From Octopus bimaculoides (lineage: Eukaryota), in the NCBI RefSeq assembly GCF_001194135.2, contig NC_068985.1, forward strand, positions 80,674,084-80,730,804: a DNA stretch of 56,721 nucleotides, in the 5' to 3' direction. The position numbers were made by a program, and so were the translations under genes. The notes beneath the pieces are model-generated. The model was not told where the DNA came from. It saw only the letters and a program-made list of their open reading frames with translations, and made no database searches. The number at the start of each line of letters is the position of its first letter. The first letter of the stretch is position 1. This document shows, in pieces, positions 23,230-33,770 of the stretch.

Positions 23230-23340
23230 GGGCAGTGAAGAACGCTGCAGTAGGCACCTTCTCTTGGTGGTGATGCACCCACCCTACTCACCCCCTCTGC
23301 CATCTTCCTTGATGTCCAATATCTACCTACCTCACTTCTG
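23230..23340 (+). mobile_element. Possible mariner catalytic-domain relic
   Basis: VVMHPPYSPPLPSS resembles the mariner motif HPPYSPDLAPS. No TIRs seen. Confidence 0.3.
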
Positions 23341-23534
23341 TGTTTACAACCACTCCTAAGCAGTCCTACTCTCCCTGCCAATATGAATGTATTATACTGA
23401 ACTCATTATGTTAAATGGCTTCTTCCCTCCCTAGTTGATATTTTATTTCTTTTCCTTTTGTCTATTTTCTCTCTATCCCCCTTTCTCTCTCTCTCTTCTA
23501 CTAGCTGTGCTTTTTTTTCTTCCTTTCTGTCAAT

Positions 23535-25665
23535 GCCGGGGTGGTGAGGGGAGTTGAGCACCCATCATTTATAAAATACCCCAGTAGCCTGCGCAAGACC
23601 TATCTGCTGATAGTCAAGCCTGATTCCTTCACCAAACCAACAGGAGAAGAGTGGGAGAAGGCGAGTATCTGGCGCCTTCAAATAACCAGTGCTCCAGGTA
23701 GGGTGTACTCGTTAGCCTTGGATGGTAATCAGCCTAGGAGAAGGAACACTCTGAGTTCAAAACCAGAGGAGCAAGCCCCCTGCTACCTTGGCGGACTACC
23801 TTGATAGAAATGGTGCCTCGATAAAAATGCCAGTTGGTAGTAACCTAAAACACACCTCATTTGTGAGTGAAAATGCCAAGCAAAATAGATGATGATAACG
23901 ATGTGACTGGGACTGGAAGGTGCCACACCCAGCAGATGCCCCACTGTGCAGCAGGGTGGGCCTGGTCATAATCCAGCAACTGTTAGCCATGCTACAAGAC
24001 ATAAGTGGAGTAAACACGTAAACAAGATGGTTATGGAGTGTTACTACCAGAGCACCCCAGTGGATGCGAATGGTGTGCCTGTCAGAGAGTGCAGAGAATG
24101 AATGCATAGTGAATGGAAGGAATGGAAGGCAATGTAACTGTTTGAAATTACTGAACAGAGATTATGTGACCAAACAAGAGCAATGCGAAAGAATGGATGA
24201 TTAACAGAATTGGAGTAGGAAGCTATTAAAAGAAGGATATCGGGTGATACTGAGCATGCAAGAAAGAAAAGTGTTATAGTGGAAGAAATGGACAATTGTT
24301 CGCAAGAATATAATACTGTGAATTGTGAAAGAATTGAGATCAGTGACTACTCAAAAAATGAAGCTTGATTAATAATAGACTGAATTTTGGATCTATTAAA
24401 TACAGAATGTATGTGTGACTTTAAGAAGGCTAACCAATGGAGACTAAATCAAGAGATGAGTAAAGTCAATAATGTATTGAGACGCATTGAAACAAAGGAC
24501 ATCACACAAAGACATAATCTTATCAAGGCTGCTAGTGGGATTGTGGCAGAAAGGATGGGGTTGAGAACTATTGAGAACAGAACAGTGACAGATAGAAGAG
24601 GAAATAAACAATTATGGTGGAAAAGGAGAATTTCTGAAGATATAAACTCCTTGAACAGTGTAGTGTCAATACTTGTCAGGAAAAGAAATGGAGAATTTAA
24701 GAATGAATAGAAATTAGAAAAAGTTAGGAAGAAGTATGGTGTAGATACAAAAGGCCTAAATGTTGTAATTGAAGAACTGAAGCAGTGCATACATGCAAAA
24801 AAAGCAAAGCTAACTAGGTTTGAACAATGGATTAAGCAGTACCAGCAATACCAAAGATGTGAATGCAAAGACAGATACAGAGGACTGGAGGTTTTGGATA
24901 AGTGGAATGACCTGAAGTGATAGAAGCACTCATATGTACAACTCAGGAACAAGTGTTAAGGACCAACTATAAGAAGTGCAGAATAGACAACACTTCTGAT
25001 AGCAACAAATGCAGAATGTGTGGTGAGAGGGGTGAAATGGTATGGCACATTGTTAGCGAATGCCTGAAATAGGCACAACACAAATACAAAAGGCACCATG
25101 ACAATGTGGCAAGAATGATCCATTAGGAGCTCTGTGGAAATCACGGCCTACAAAGAGAAAGACATGGTATGAGAAAACTCCAGAAAGAGTCACTGAAAAG
25201 GAGAATTGCAAAATCCTGTAAGATGCAATGTTCCAGTACGATCACCTGACCAGACATCATAAACCAGACATTGTTGTGGTGAATAAAAAAGAAAGATCAT
25301 GTATGCTAATCAATATAGCATGCCCCAGTGACAACAAAATCAATGTGAAAGAAGAAAAAATAAACAACTATGACAATTTGAAGTGGGAAATATGAAAGTT
25401 GTGGTCAATGAAGAGAGTAGACATGATACCAGTAGTATTGGTGCACTTGGAAGTATCAGCACTCAACTACCAACCAATATGTCTGAAAAAGATTGGTGCA
25501 AATGTGAAGGTAGAACACCTACAAAAATCAGCATTGCTTGGAACTGCGAGAGTTCTTTGCAGGGTTCTTGAGGCATGACCAGTAAACAAGTGTAACCTTA
25601 ATCTGCTGGCTGTGGACAGCTGACACTTTCCATCGTAGCCAGCAAAATAAGCTGTGTGTTTTCAT
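23535..25665 (+). mobile_element. Internally deleted, degenerate Dong/R4-clade LINE
   Basis: N-terminal RHKWSKHVNKMVMECYY...EQRLCDQTRAMRKNG. The sequence then jumps near 24850 to NDLK*IEALICTTQEQVLRTN, CRMCGERGEMVWHIVSEC, HDNVARMIH, HKPDIVVV and IGALGSIS. No RT domain. (TAA)n tail at 25666-25702. Confidence 0.85.
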
Positions 25666-25702
25666 ATAATAATAATAATAATAATAATAATGATAATAAT
25701 AA

Positions 25703-26256
25703 ATGCCCTGATGCTGCACCAAGCAGTGGTTTTCATGGCTTATTTTACAAATTTTGTCTTAGTGTAAAATATGGGCTACAGCAAATATTCTGCTCATACC
25801 ACAGATTTGCTTGTCATTTGCTTGACTTTAACCAGTTGAGCATGTCCTTTAGTGGCTGACAATATGTGCATCTCTGATTACTAGCAGAAGTAGTGGAGGA
25901 GCTTCATAGCCATGTATTGAGAGGGGTTCTTTGGGGTTTGAATAAATGTAACTAAAGCAAAGTTTGAAGGAAATATTAGTTTGAATAATTCACCTCTGGA
26001 AACACCTTTGAACAACCCTTATTCAAGGACCTTTAGAGCAGGATTGGTTATTTGACCTGAAGAAAATTCTAACTGGGCTACGTCTGCAAGGTCATGTGTT
26101 GTTTATCTTGATATGAAGTCACCATCTCACTCACATGTGGTTGTGATGCATGTATTAGGTGTACCCTTATCAGACAGGTAATCACGATGGTTATATTGGG
26201 CTTTTTATAGTTGTACCTCAGTGTCAGTTTGATGGCCTTCACTGCTCTCTTACTCA
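25703..26256. mobile_element. Unclassified ~550-bp interspersed-repeat-like element between triplet microsatellites
   Basis: Non-coding, higher-GC block that starts right after (AAT)n and ends ctctcttactc, followed by (AAC)n(ATT)n. Confidence 0.5.
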
Positions 26257-26279
26257 ACAACAACATTATTATTATTCAG

Positions 26280-26905
26280 TAGTGTTATTTTTATCACGTG
26301 CTTTCACTGTACTACTGAGCGCTGCTCTGTGTGCATTCGGTATGTGCTGTGGTTTGTTGTGATGCTCTTATTTTCAGTGTATTGAAAGTGTTTTACATAG
26401 GGTGTGTGCAGTGCCTAGTAGTGCTATTTTCTGTATGCTATATGTACTTGTAAGTCCTGGTATTTTTGTTATGTATTTGTCTGAGTGTTTTTTTTATCAT
26501 ACCTACTATGATAGAAATTGTTTCTGTTTTTAGGCTCCACTTTTGAGTTACCTCTATTTCCAGATCTTTGTATTTTGGAAGTTTCTCCTTTTCCTTTAGA
26601 GAAATATTGTCATCTGTTGGTATTGATACATCTATTAGAAAGCATTTTTTTCTGATAACTATATCTGGCCTATTGGCCTTAATTTCTCTGTGTGTATTAT
26701 CATATCCCAAAGTATGGTTGTTCTCTCATTTTCTGTGACCTTTTCTGGCCTCTGCCTATACCACCCTTTTACTGTTATTCCATACTGTTGGCATAGCTTC
26801 CAGTGTATATAGGTCCCAACTGTGTCGTGTTTGTGAATATATTCCTTCTTAGTCAGGACTGAGCAGCCAGAGACAATATGATTTATTGTTTCTTGCTGTA
26901 GTATT
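26280..26905 (-). mobile_element. 5'-truncated Dong/R4-clade LINE fragment
   Basis: Minus strand: QETINHIVSGCSVLTKKEYIHKHDTVGTYIHWKLC, ANRPDIVI, CFLIDVSIPTD, EKLPKYKDLEIE. The 3' UTR ends in (AAT)n on its own strand at ~26266-26279. Confidence 0.85.
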
Positions 26906-27610
26906 TACTGAGCTGCTAGAATCATTAGAGTGTTGGAAAAAAACTGGTGGTTGTTCTAGTTCCTTATTTTCTGACTTCAAATCCCATTGAGGTTAAGTTT
27001 GCCTTTTATCCTTTAAGAGTTGATAAAATGAAGTACCAGTTATGTACTGCATGTGATGGTTTCATTCAACTATCTCCCTTCAAAATTGCTGGCATTTCTT
27101 CCAGCTTTATGTACTTGGTCCAAATACAGTTGTTGTTGACTTTGCTTTCATCCTTTTAGGGTCAATAAAATAAGTACCAGTTGAGCATTGAGCGTTGAGG
27201 TTGACTTCCACTCGAAATTACTGGCCTTGTGCCAAAAGTTATTCAAATTTAATGTAATTGATCAGTCTCTTACCCCAAAATTTCAGGCTTGTGCCTGTAA
27301 TAGAAAGGACTATTATTATTCAAATTCTGCTATGGCTAACTTTACCTTTCATCCTTTTGGGGTTGATAAAATAACTACCAGTTGAGCATTAGGGTCGGTG
27401 TAATTGATCAGCTCCATCCCAGCAAATTTCAGGCTTGTACCTATAATAGAAAGGATTATTATTATTCAAACTCTGCTATAGTTGACTTTGCCTTTTATCC
27501 TCTTGGGGTTGATGAAATAAGTTGTAGATGAGCCCTGAAATCGATATAATTGACTAGTCCTCTCCCTACAATAGGCCTTGTACCTATTGTTGAAAAAATT
27601 ATTATTATTA
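26905..27610 (+). mobile_element. Head-to-tail array of about five SINE family A pieces
   Basis: Repeated ttgactttgcctttcatcctttggggt...aagtaccagttg...ggccttgtgcc...gaaaggattattatt blocks. The units at 27321-27466 and 27467-27610 both start at CAAA of the B-box. Confidence 0.85.
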
Positions 27611-28279
27611 TGGCTGGTAGGTTGTAGAATTAGTAGTGTGCTGGCCAATATCAGTTGGTCTGTGTGTACATTTTCACATCAGTGGATTTGTTTTCAAATA
27701 ATTCCTCCTACAAATATACAATTACAGTCATGCAACAGATTTAAAACAGTGAACACACACCAAAACAAAAGCCAAAACAAAAATATCTAAGAGTTATTGC
27801 ATCCTTCAATGTTTTAACTTGTAAGAAGCTAACATTGTGTTGTTCAAGTATGTTCAGAAGAGAAAAGATATATAGCTTTTTAGAGTTAGTCCTTCACCCA
27901 AAGACTTCATTGTAATTTTGAAGAGAGCCCTTCATTTCATCCTGAAGAGAAACACTGTTACATCATCCAGTGAAGGGCTTTACATGAAGCATTATGAATT
28001 TATTCTTCTTATGGTCCACTAAAACTTAAATTTGGGATTTTGTTTTCTGAGTTATCTTTGACTGATGAGGATCTGCTCAATTTTTCTTGAATCTTTGTGT
28101 TTATAATTTATTTATCTTTTCATTAAGTTGTTTATAATTTGGTTATCTTTGTATATGTATATAAAGTGGTAAAGAGTATAGAAATGGCTCTGGTTAATGA
28201 AACTTAAACTTTGAGATTTTTTAATGAGGAATTTAAAACTTTTAGTAATTTGTAAGGTTTGAGTAATTCATAAAAGTTT

Positions 28280-28860
28280 AAAATATAATCAACATGGAAT
28301 ATTTTGAATGAAATAAAGTTGATTAAACAGTGAACTTTTGCCTCTGATTGTCTCCTCAACTAACCTTATATTTTTAGCTATTGATCAAACAACTTTTAGA
28401 AAGAAGTAGTAATCATTTGAATATCTCCAATCACCTTTAAGCTATTGTGTGCATTTTTGCCAAACTGTATCTTGAGTTCTTTTCGGACTTCTTATAGAGT
28501 TTTATCCTGTAATCATTAATGCACTTCTTGACAGTTTTATGGATTTTGTGTCTTGCACTGTAAAATGCATTAAAATTTCTCTCCTTAAGAGAAGTTTTAT
28601 ATTGCTGAAGAGTTACATGATTTAAATCTGTAATGAGATTTAAAACACCTGATATTTTCAATGAATTGATCTTCTGAATTGGCTCTTTCTGTCCTTAAAT
28701 GCTTTCACAAATGACTCATGCATTACATTATGTTGGTTTTATCTTCATTTTAGCTACTTGTTATCCAGCATTAGAAAGTTTTGCTTTATGTATTGACGTG
28801 TGTATTTTTGTGTCAATAATTATGGCAATAATTTTGACCAGGAGATGAGAACTACTTGTT
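28280..28860 (-). mobile_element. Degenerate RTE-like LINE inter-domain fragment
   Basis: ORF 28437-28661 ARHKIHKTVKKCINDYRIKL resembles the RTE linker ARxKVQxTxRxCxNDYWxxL. SSSHLLV upstream resembles SDHxLV. Confidence 0.45.
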
Positions 28861-29540
28861 TAAATCAATAGGAATTAGTATTAAACTAATTAGAAGAGTC
28901 ATTATACAGTAAAAAGACAAGGACTAAAATAGTAGGATACCCAAATAAAAATTTCTGGAACTTTGAATGAATTTATTAAAAATTTTATTCAGGTTTTCCT
29001 GTAAATGTATCCATAACTCTTCTGCTAACACTAGATCCATTCATATCAAGTATATTTTGCTATGCTAGATTAATTACTAAAAACCAATTCTGTAAGCACT
29101 ATTATAACAACCTAATCCCATATAAGACCTTATATTCAGTATTCAGCATGACTAACTTGTAATCTATCAAGTAATTATGTAATTACTGCATTACTTATAG
29201 AAAAAGTTGTGGCAATTTCATGGTTCCTATTTAAAGGTGTACAGACAATCCAGCAAGTGTTAAATATTTTGGTCATAGACAATAGAGTATCACTGACAAG
29301 ATACCAGCTTAATATCATGTTGACTCTGTCAGTACGTTTGTAATGCTCATATTTTTGTACTGTTCATTGGGAGACATGATTTTATGTCAAGTTACAGGCT
29401 CACTTTATATACTTAAGAAACAGTTTTGCTTCTTTTCAAAATGAATTTATTCTATAACAACATTGAGAACCACTTTTTTAAAGGAAATTTTCACTCTATT
29501 TCTGTTCTGTTATTTTTTATATTCATAAGTTGAAATTATT

Positions 29541-29948
29541 CTTTACTCTTTTACTTGTTTCAGTCATTTGACTGTGGCCATGCTGGAGCACTGCCTTTAG
29601 TCGATCAAATTGACCCCAGGACTTATTCTTTGGAAGCCTAGTACTTATTCTATTGGTCTCTTTTGCCGAACCGCTAAGTTACGGGGGCGTAAACACACCA
29701 GCATCAGTTGTCAATCGATGTTGGGGGACAAACACAGACACACAAACACATACATACACATACATGGATATGTACACATATATACGACAGGCTTCTTTCA
29801 GTTTCTGTCTACCAAATCCACTCAGAAAGCATTGGTCAGCCTGAGGCTATAGTAGAAGACACTTGCCCAAGGTGCCATGCAGTGGGACTGAACCCGGAAC
29901 CATGTGGTTTGTAAGCAAGCTACTTACCATGCAGCCACTCCTACGCCT
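29541..29948 (-). mobile_element. Full-length SINE family B
   Basis: Reverse complement of aggcgtaggagtggctgcatggtaagtagcttgc...gggttcagtcccactgcatggcaccttgggcaagtgtctt...gactgaaacaagtaaaagagtaaag. Confidence 0.9.
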
Positions 29949-31577
29949 ATATATATTTCTTATAGTCTATATATATTTCTTGATTTTTTTTTCTCTTTGT
30001 AATCTATAATCACTCTTGCATCTATTTCTTTTCTGTGTAACATTTATTAAATGAGTTAGTCTGGACTACAAATAATTAATCTTCCATTTGTCTGAATTTG
30101 TTCCTCTCACCTTTAAAACTGTATATGCTGCTACTTAATTTCATTTATTTATCTTTATTTTGGTTGGTTCTTATTTGTCTGTTGAATTCAGTTTCTTAAT
30201 TATACTATTAATTTTAGTAGAACAAGCATACTGCCAACTGTCTTCTGAAGGTTAGCTGTTTGGTGTTAGACTTGTTGATGTGTTCACATAAAAAATTTGC
30301 TGACCTTCAAAAAAATAAAAACCTAAGAAAGCATGTGACTGCCTTAATGATTTTGTGGGAATATTCAGCTACTAAAGCTAATATGTCAACAAGACCAGTT
30401 ATGGATAGTTTGAACAAATAGTGCTGTCTTTACAGAGATCAGAATTTGCAGATTTAAATGCTAAAGGGCTAATTTTAAAACATTTTCTTAGCTGGTCTAA
30501 ATATGCTCTTTGTTTGACATAGCTAATCCATTATATAACTCTCAACTTTCCAATTGTAGGAAGTCAACCTTCTGCCCAAATAGTCATTACTGTGTCAAAT
30601 AGCACGAGGTTCAAGCAATATTTTGTATGCTTTTTGTGTTTTCAGAGAAATATTTTATCATCATTTATGGAAAAGAAGTTTCACAAATTACTCCCAGACT
30701 CTAGAACTTCACTTACTGGGATCTTCCTCTCTTTCCTGCTTTGCTACCAGTATTTTATCAAATAGAAGTGTTGAAACAACCTTAGTCATCAATAGGAGGA
30801 AAAGAAGACATAGTGATAAACTAGTCATTTTTGTTCCTGGCTAAATTAAATTAGAACTAATTAATTAATTTTTAGACAATATTGAAATTCAGATAAATGA
30901 AGAATGCTTAAATGTGTAAGGCTACTAATGGTATTGAATAAATTATTTAGAACTGCCTATCTTTGTAGTTTCACATTGCAGTTGTTTTCCTGTCATTTAT
31001 AATTAAATGATGTAATATTTCCTATAGAAATGTTAAATTAGAACAATCTGCTGTTAAAATCTGAGTTATTTATTACTGCTTAAATATAATTTCTTGGGAT
31101 TTTTGGAGTCTTACATCAATATTTTTTTTAGATGGGATTTGATTGAAATTGTAGTTTTTTTTTTAACAAACTTATTACAAGCCCTGATATAATCGTAACT
31201 TCTTAGAGATTTTTCAGTTGATTCTAATTTCAATCTAACAACATAAAAGTTTGTTGTTTCATATGGAACTTTTTTAGTAATTGATACTACACTTTGGACT
31301 GTAAAGAGGTATACCTGATACATTCCAATATTGCATATTTATTTTTAAGAAACGAGTTGTATTGGTTATTCAAATGTTTTTGTTTGTTAATCTTATGTTT
31401 TAAATATTTTGTTTAAGATTTTAAATCACTATGATATAGATTAGTTTTGAAGAACATTAAAGCCTTTCACTTTAAATAAAATTTCAAAGTCTAAATCTGG
31501 CTTGGGAAATTATAAGTATAGTGGATTAGAGTATATGTAAAGGATTGAAAATTAAGCTGAATGAAATATTGTGTTAT

Positions 31578-31799
31578 CCCATCCATTACCATATTTTTGT
31601 TGAAATACACTGCATTTATTTCAGTCAGTTATGAAAATAATGAAGAATTTATTGAAATAACTTTGTCTTTGTTAAGCTGGTGTTTGGAACATGGATTACT
31701 ACGAAATTTTGATGGAAAGTTTTAATTTAGATTACTTTAAAGCATAAATTTTCTATCATAGAACCTGGGGCAGTCTCAGGCAGGTCGGTATCAAAAGGG
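31578..31799. mobile_element. piggyBac-like MITE P2
   Basis: TTAT|CCC...GTATCAAAAGGG|TTAA (31800-31803). Body matches 13622-13840. Confidence 0.75.
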
Positions 31800-32785
31800 T
31801 TAAACAAAAAATACAAAATATAATTTAACAGCCTGGAAAATTTAAATTCTAGTTTCTGTTAAGACAAATTATTGTCATTAGATATTATAATAAACATTTA
31901 TTAACATGTTTAGGTTATTCTTAGTGTATATCTTTCTCCTAAGTTGCATATGTATAGCAAGTGATTTGATCTGTGATCTTGTGTTGAGACTAAAACAGTT
32001 TTCTCTTGGTAGAATCATCATTCTGGCTATTAAAATTATATTTACTATTATTTTATTATGCAATAATATTATATATTATTAAGTTCCATAGTCTTTCATT
32101 GTATATCTGCAACCTCAATACTGATATTATGCTAATTCATCAAATCCCAGATACAGTGTAGTAAAGTGTCAGTACTAAGTCATAGTTGAAAACAGAGAGG
32201 TAGAACAGTGGTGATCATGTCATTCATGTACAATGATTTGGGTAATAATATATATTATCATAAACTAATAAAAAAAAAAGAAAGAGTAAAAGTGAATATA
32301 ACAGTGTTTATGTGTTTTTAATGAGTGCAATGGTATCTTTCTTGTTTTACATATCTTTCTAGTTTTACAGCTTCATGTCAAATTTCAATTTGTAAATTTT
32401 CATAGACATTAATTGTGTGTATGTAAATGTATTTAGTCACTCTGTGAAAGAAAATTTGTGATAAAATATCAAGTTAAAGAGAGTTTTACATAAACAGAAT
32501 TTATTCACTACTTAATATGCTGTATGGTATTTTCTATAATTGCCAACAGTAATTGTTGTATATTACTATAGTTTGTGTCTGAATTATAATTACATCTCAA
32601 TTTAGATGCTTTGAAACTAAATTTCGATTCCTATACTGTAACTTTATATTAATTTACATTTTTACTCTATAAAATTGTTGAATGAGCTGCACAAATTTAA
32701 ACTGTACATGTAGATAAAGTAACTGTAAGAAGGAAAACATGAATAGTAGCTTTATTGTCCTTTCTTTTCTTGTTTTTTTTTCCAG

Positions 32786-32805
32786 GGATGCTCAGTATTC
32801 CTCAG
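32786..32805 (+). other. Candidate 20-nt microexon (splice signals only)
   Basis: tttcttttcttgtttttttttccag|GGATGCTCAGTATTCCTCAG|gttagt. No protein homology recognised. Confidence 0.2.
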
Positions 32806-33125
32806 GTTAGTCTGCGCAAGCCCTGATCACACTCTTAGTTAAATTGTTGAGCATGATATCAGGATAATGTCAGTTTCTGTTGAAGTAGCTACACTGTACT
32901 GAAACACACTTATCAAGGGAGCAACGAAATAGCTGAAACCAACAGCTCAGTTAATGGAGTTGATATTTCGACAATTATTGCAAAACAAATGCTTGATAAA
33001 ATTGAGCACAATTTCATTTTTACTTTTAATATAGAAACCATGTATTTTGTGAAATACTTGTAAATTGCAAGAAGTAGTAGAGAATGTTAGTGATAGTCAC
33101 TCAGAGGACAGTGGAAAGAGTCAAT

Positions 33126-33355
33126 AGCATCACAATCTGGCCCCAAAGGCAGCAAGCTGGCAGAATTGTTAACAATGCTGGACAAAATGCTTTGTGGCAT
33201 TTCTTCTGGCTTTATGTTCTGTGTTCAAATCTGCCTAGGGTGACTTTGCTTTTCATTTCTTTCAGTGTCAATAATATAAGTAGCAGTTGAGAACTGGGGT
33301 TGGTGTAATTGACTATTCCCTCTCCTCAAATTTCAGGCCTTGTGTCTATAACAAA
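33126..33355 (+). mobile_element. SINE family A
   Basis: aggcagcaagctggcagaattgttaac...gtgttcaaatctgcc...ttcaggccttgtgtc. Confidence 0.75.
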
Positions 33356-33554
33356 TTCTAAGAATAATGTCTTTTGTTTTCCTTGACATAAATCAGAAAC
33401 TTGAAGATGGGAAATAATATTGTGTGAAAGGGTTGTTAAGTGGTAGAAGAGCATAATAAATTATTTACTTTATCTATTTAATTGTTCTTACATCTTGCTG
33501 AAGTTGTGTATGCTGTTTCCTCTCTCCAAGTTCAATAAAATAAGTAGGAGTTGT

Positions 33555-33770
33555 AGAACAGTGGATTGGCAGAACAGTGTGGTTGTTAGAAAAATGTCTT
33601 GTGGTATTTGTTCTGACATTTTACATTTTGAGTTCAAATCCTGTCAAGGTGAATTTTGCCTTCTATCTCTCTGAGATTAATAAAATAAAGTATTGGGGTT
33701 GATGATACTAACTAACTTTTTCCTCTCAAAATTGTTGGCTTTGTGCCTAAATTAGAAATTATTACTATTA
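33555..33770 (+). mobile_element. Degenerate SINE family A
   Basis: gagttcaaatcctgtcaaggtgaattttgccttc...ggctttgtgcctaaattagaaattattact. Confidence 0.7.

Noticed and set aside
30300-30844. ORF 30623-30844 after ttttcag, or a Tc1-like relic on the minus strand
   Set aside because: No recognisable motif or donor, and the TE resemblance is too faint to support.
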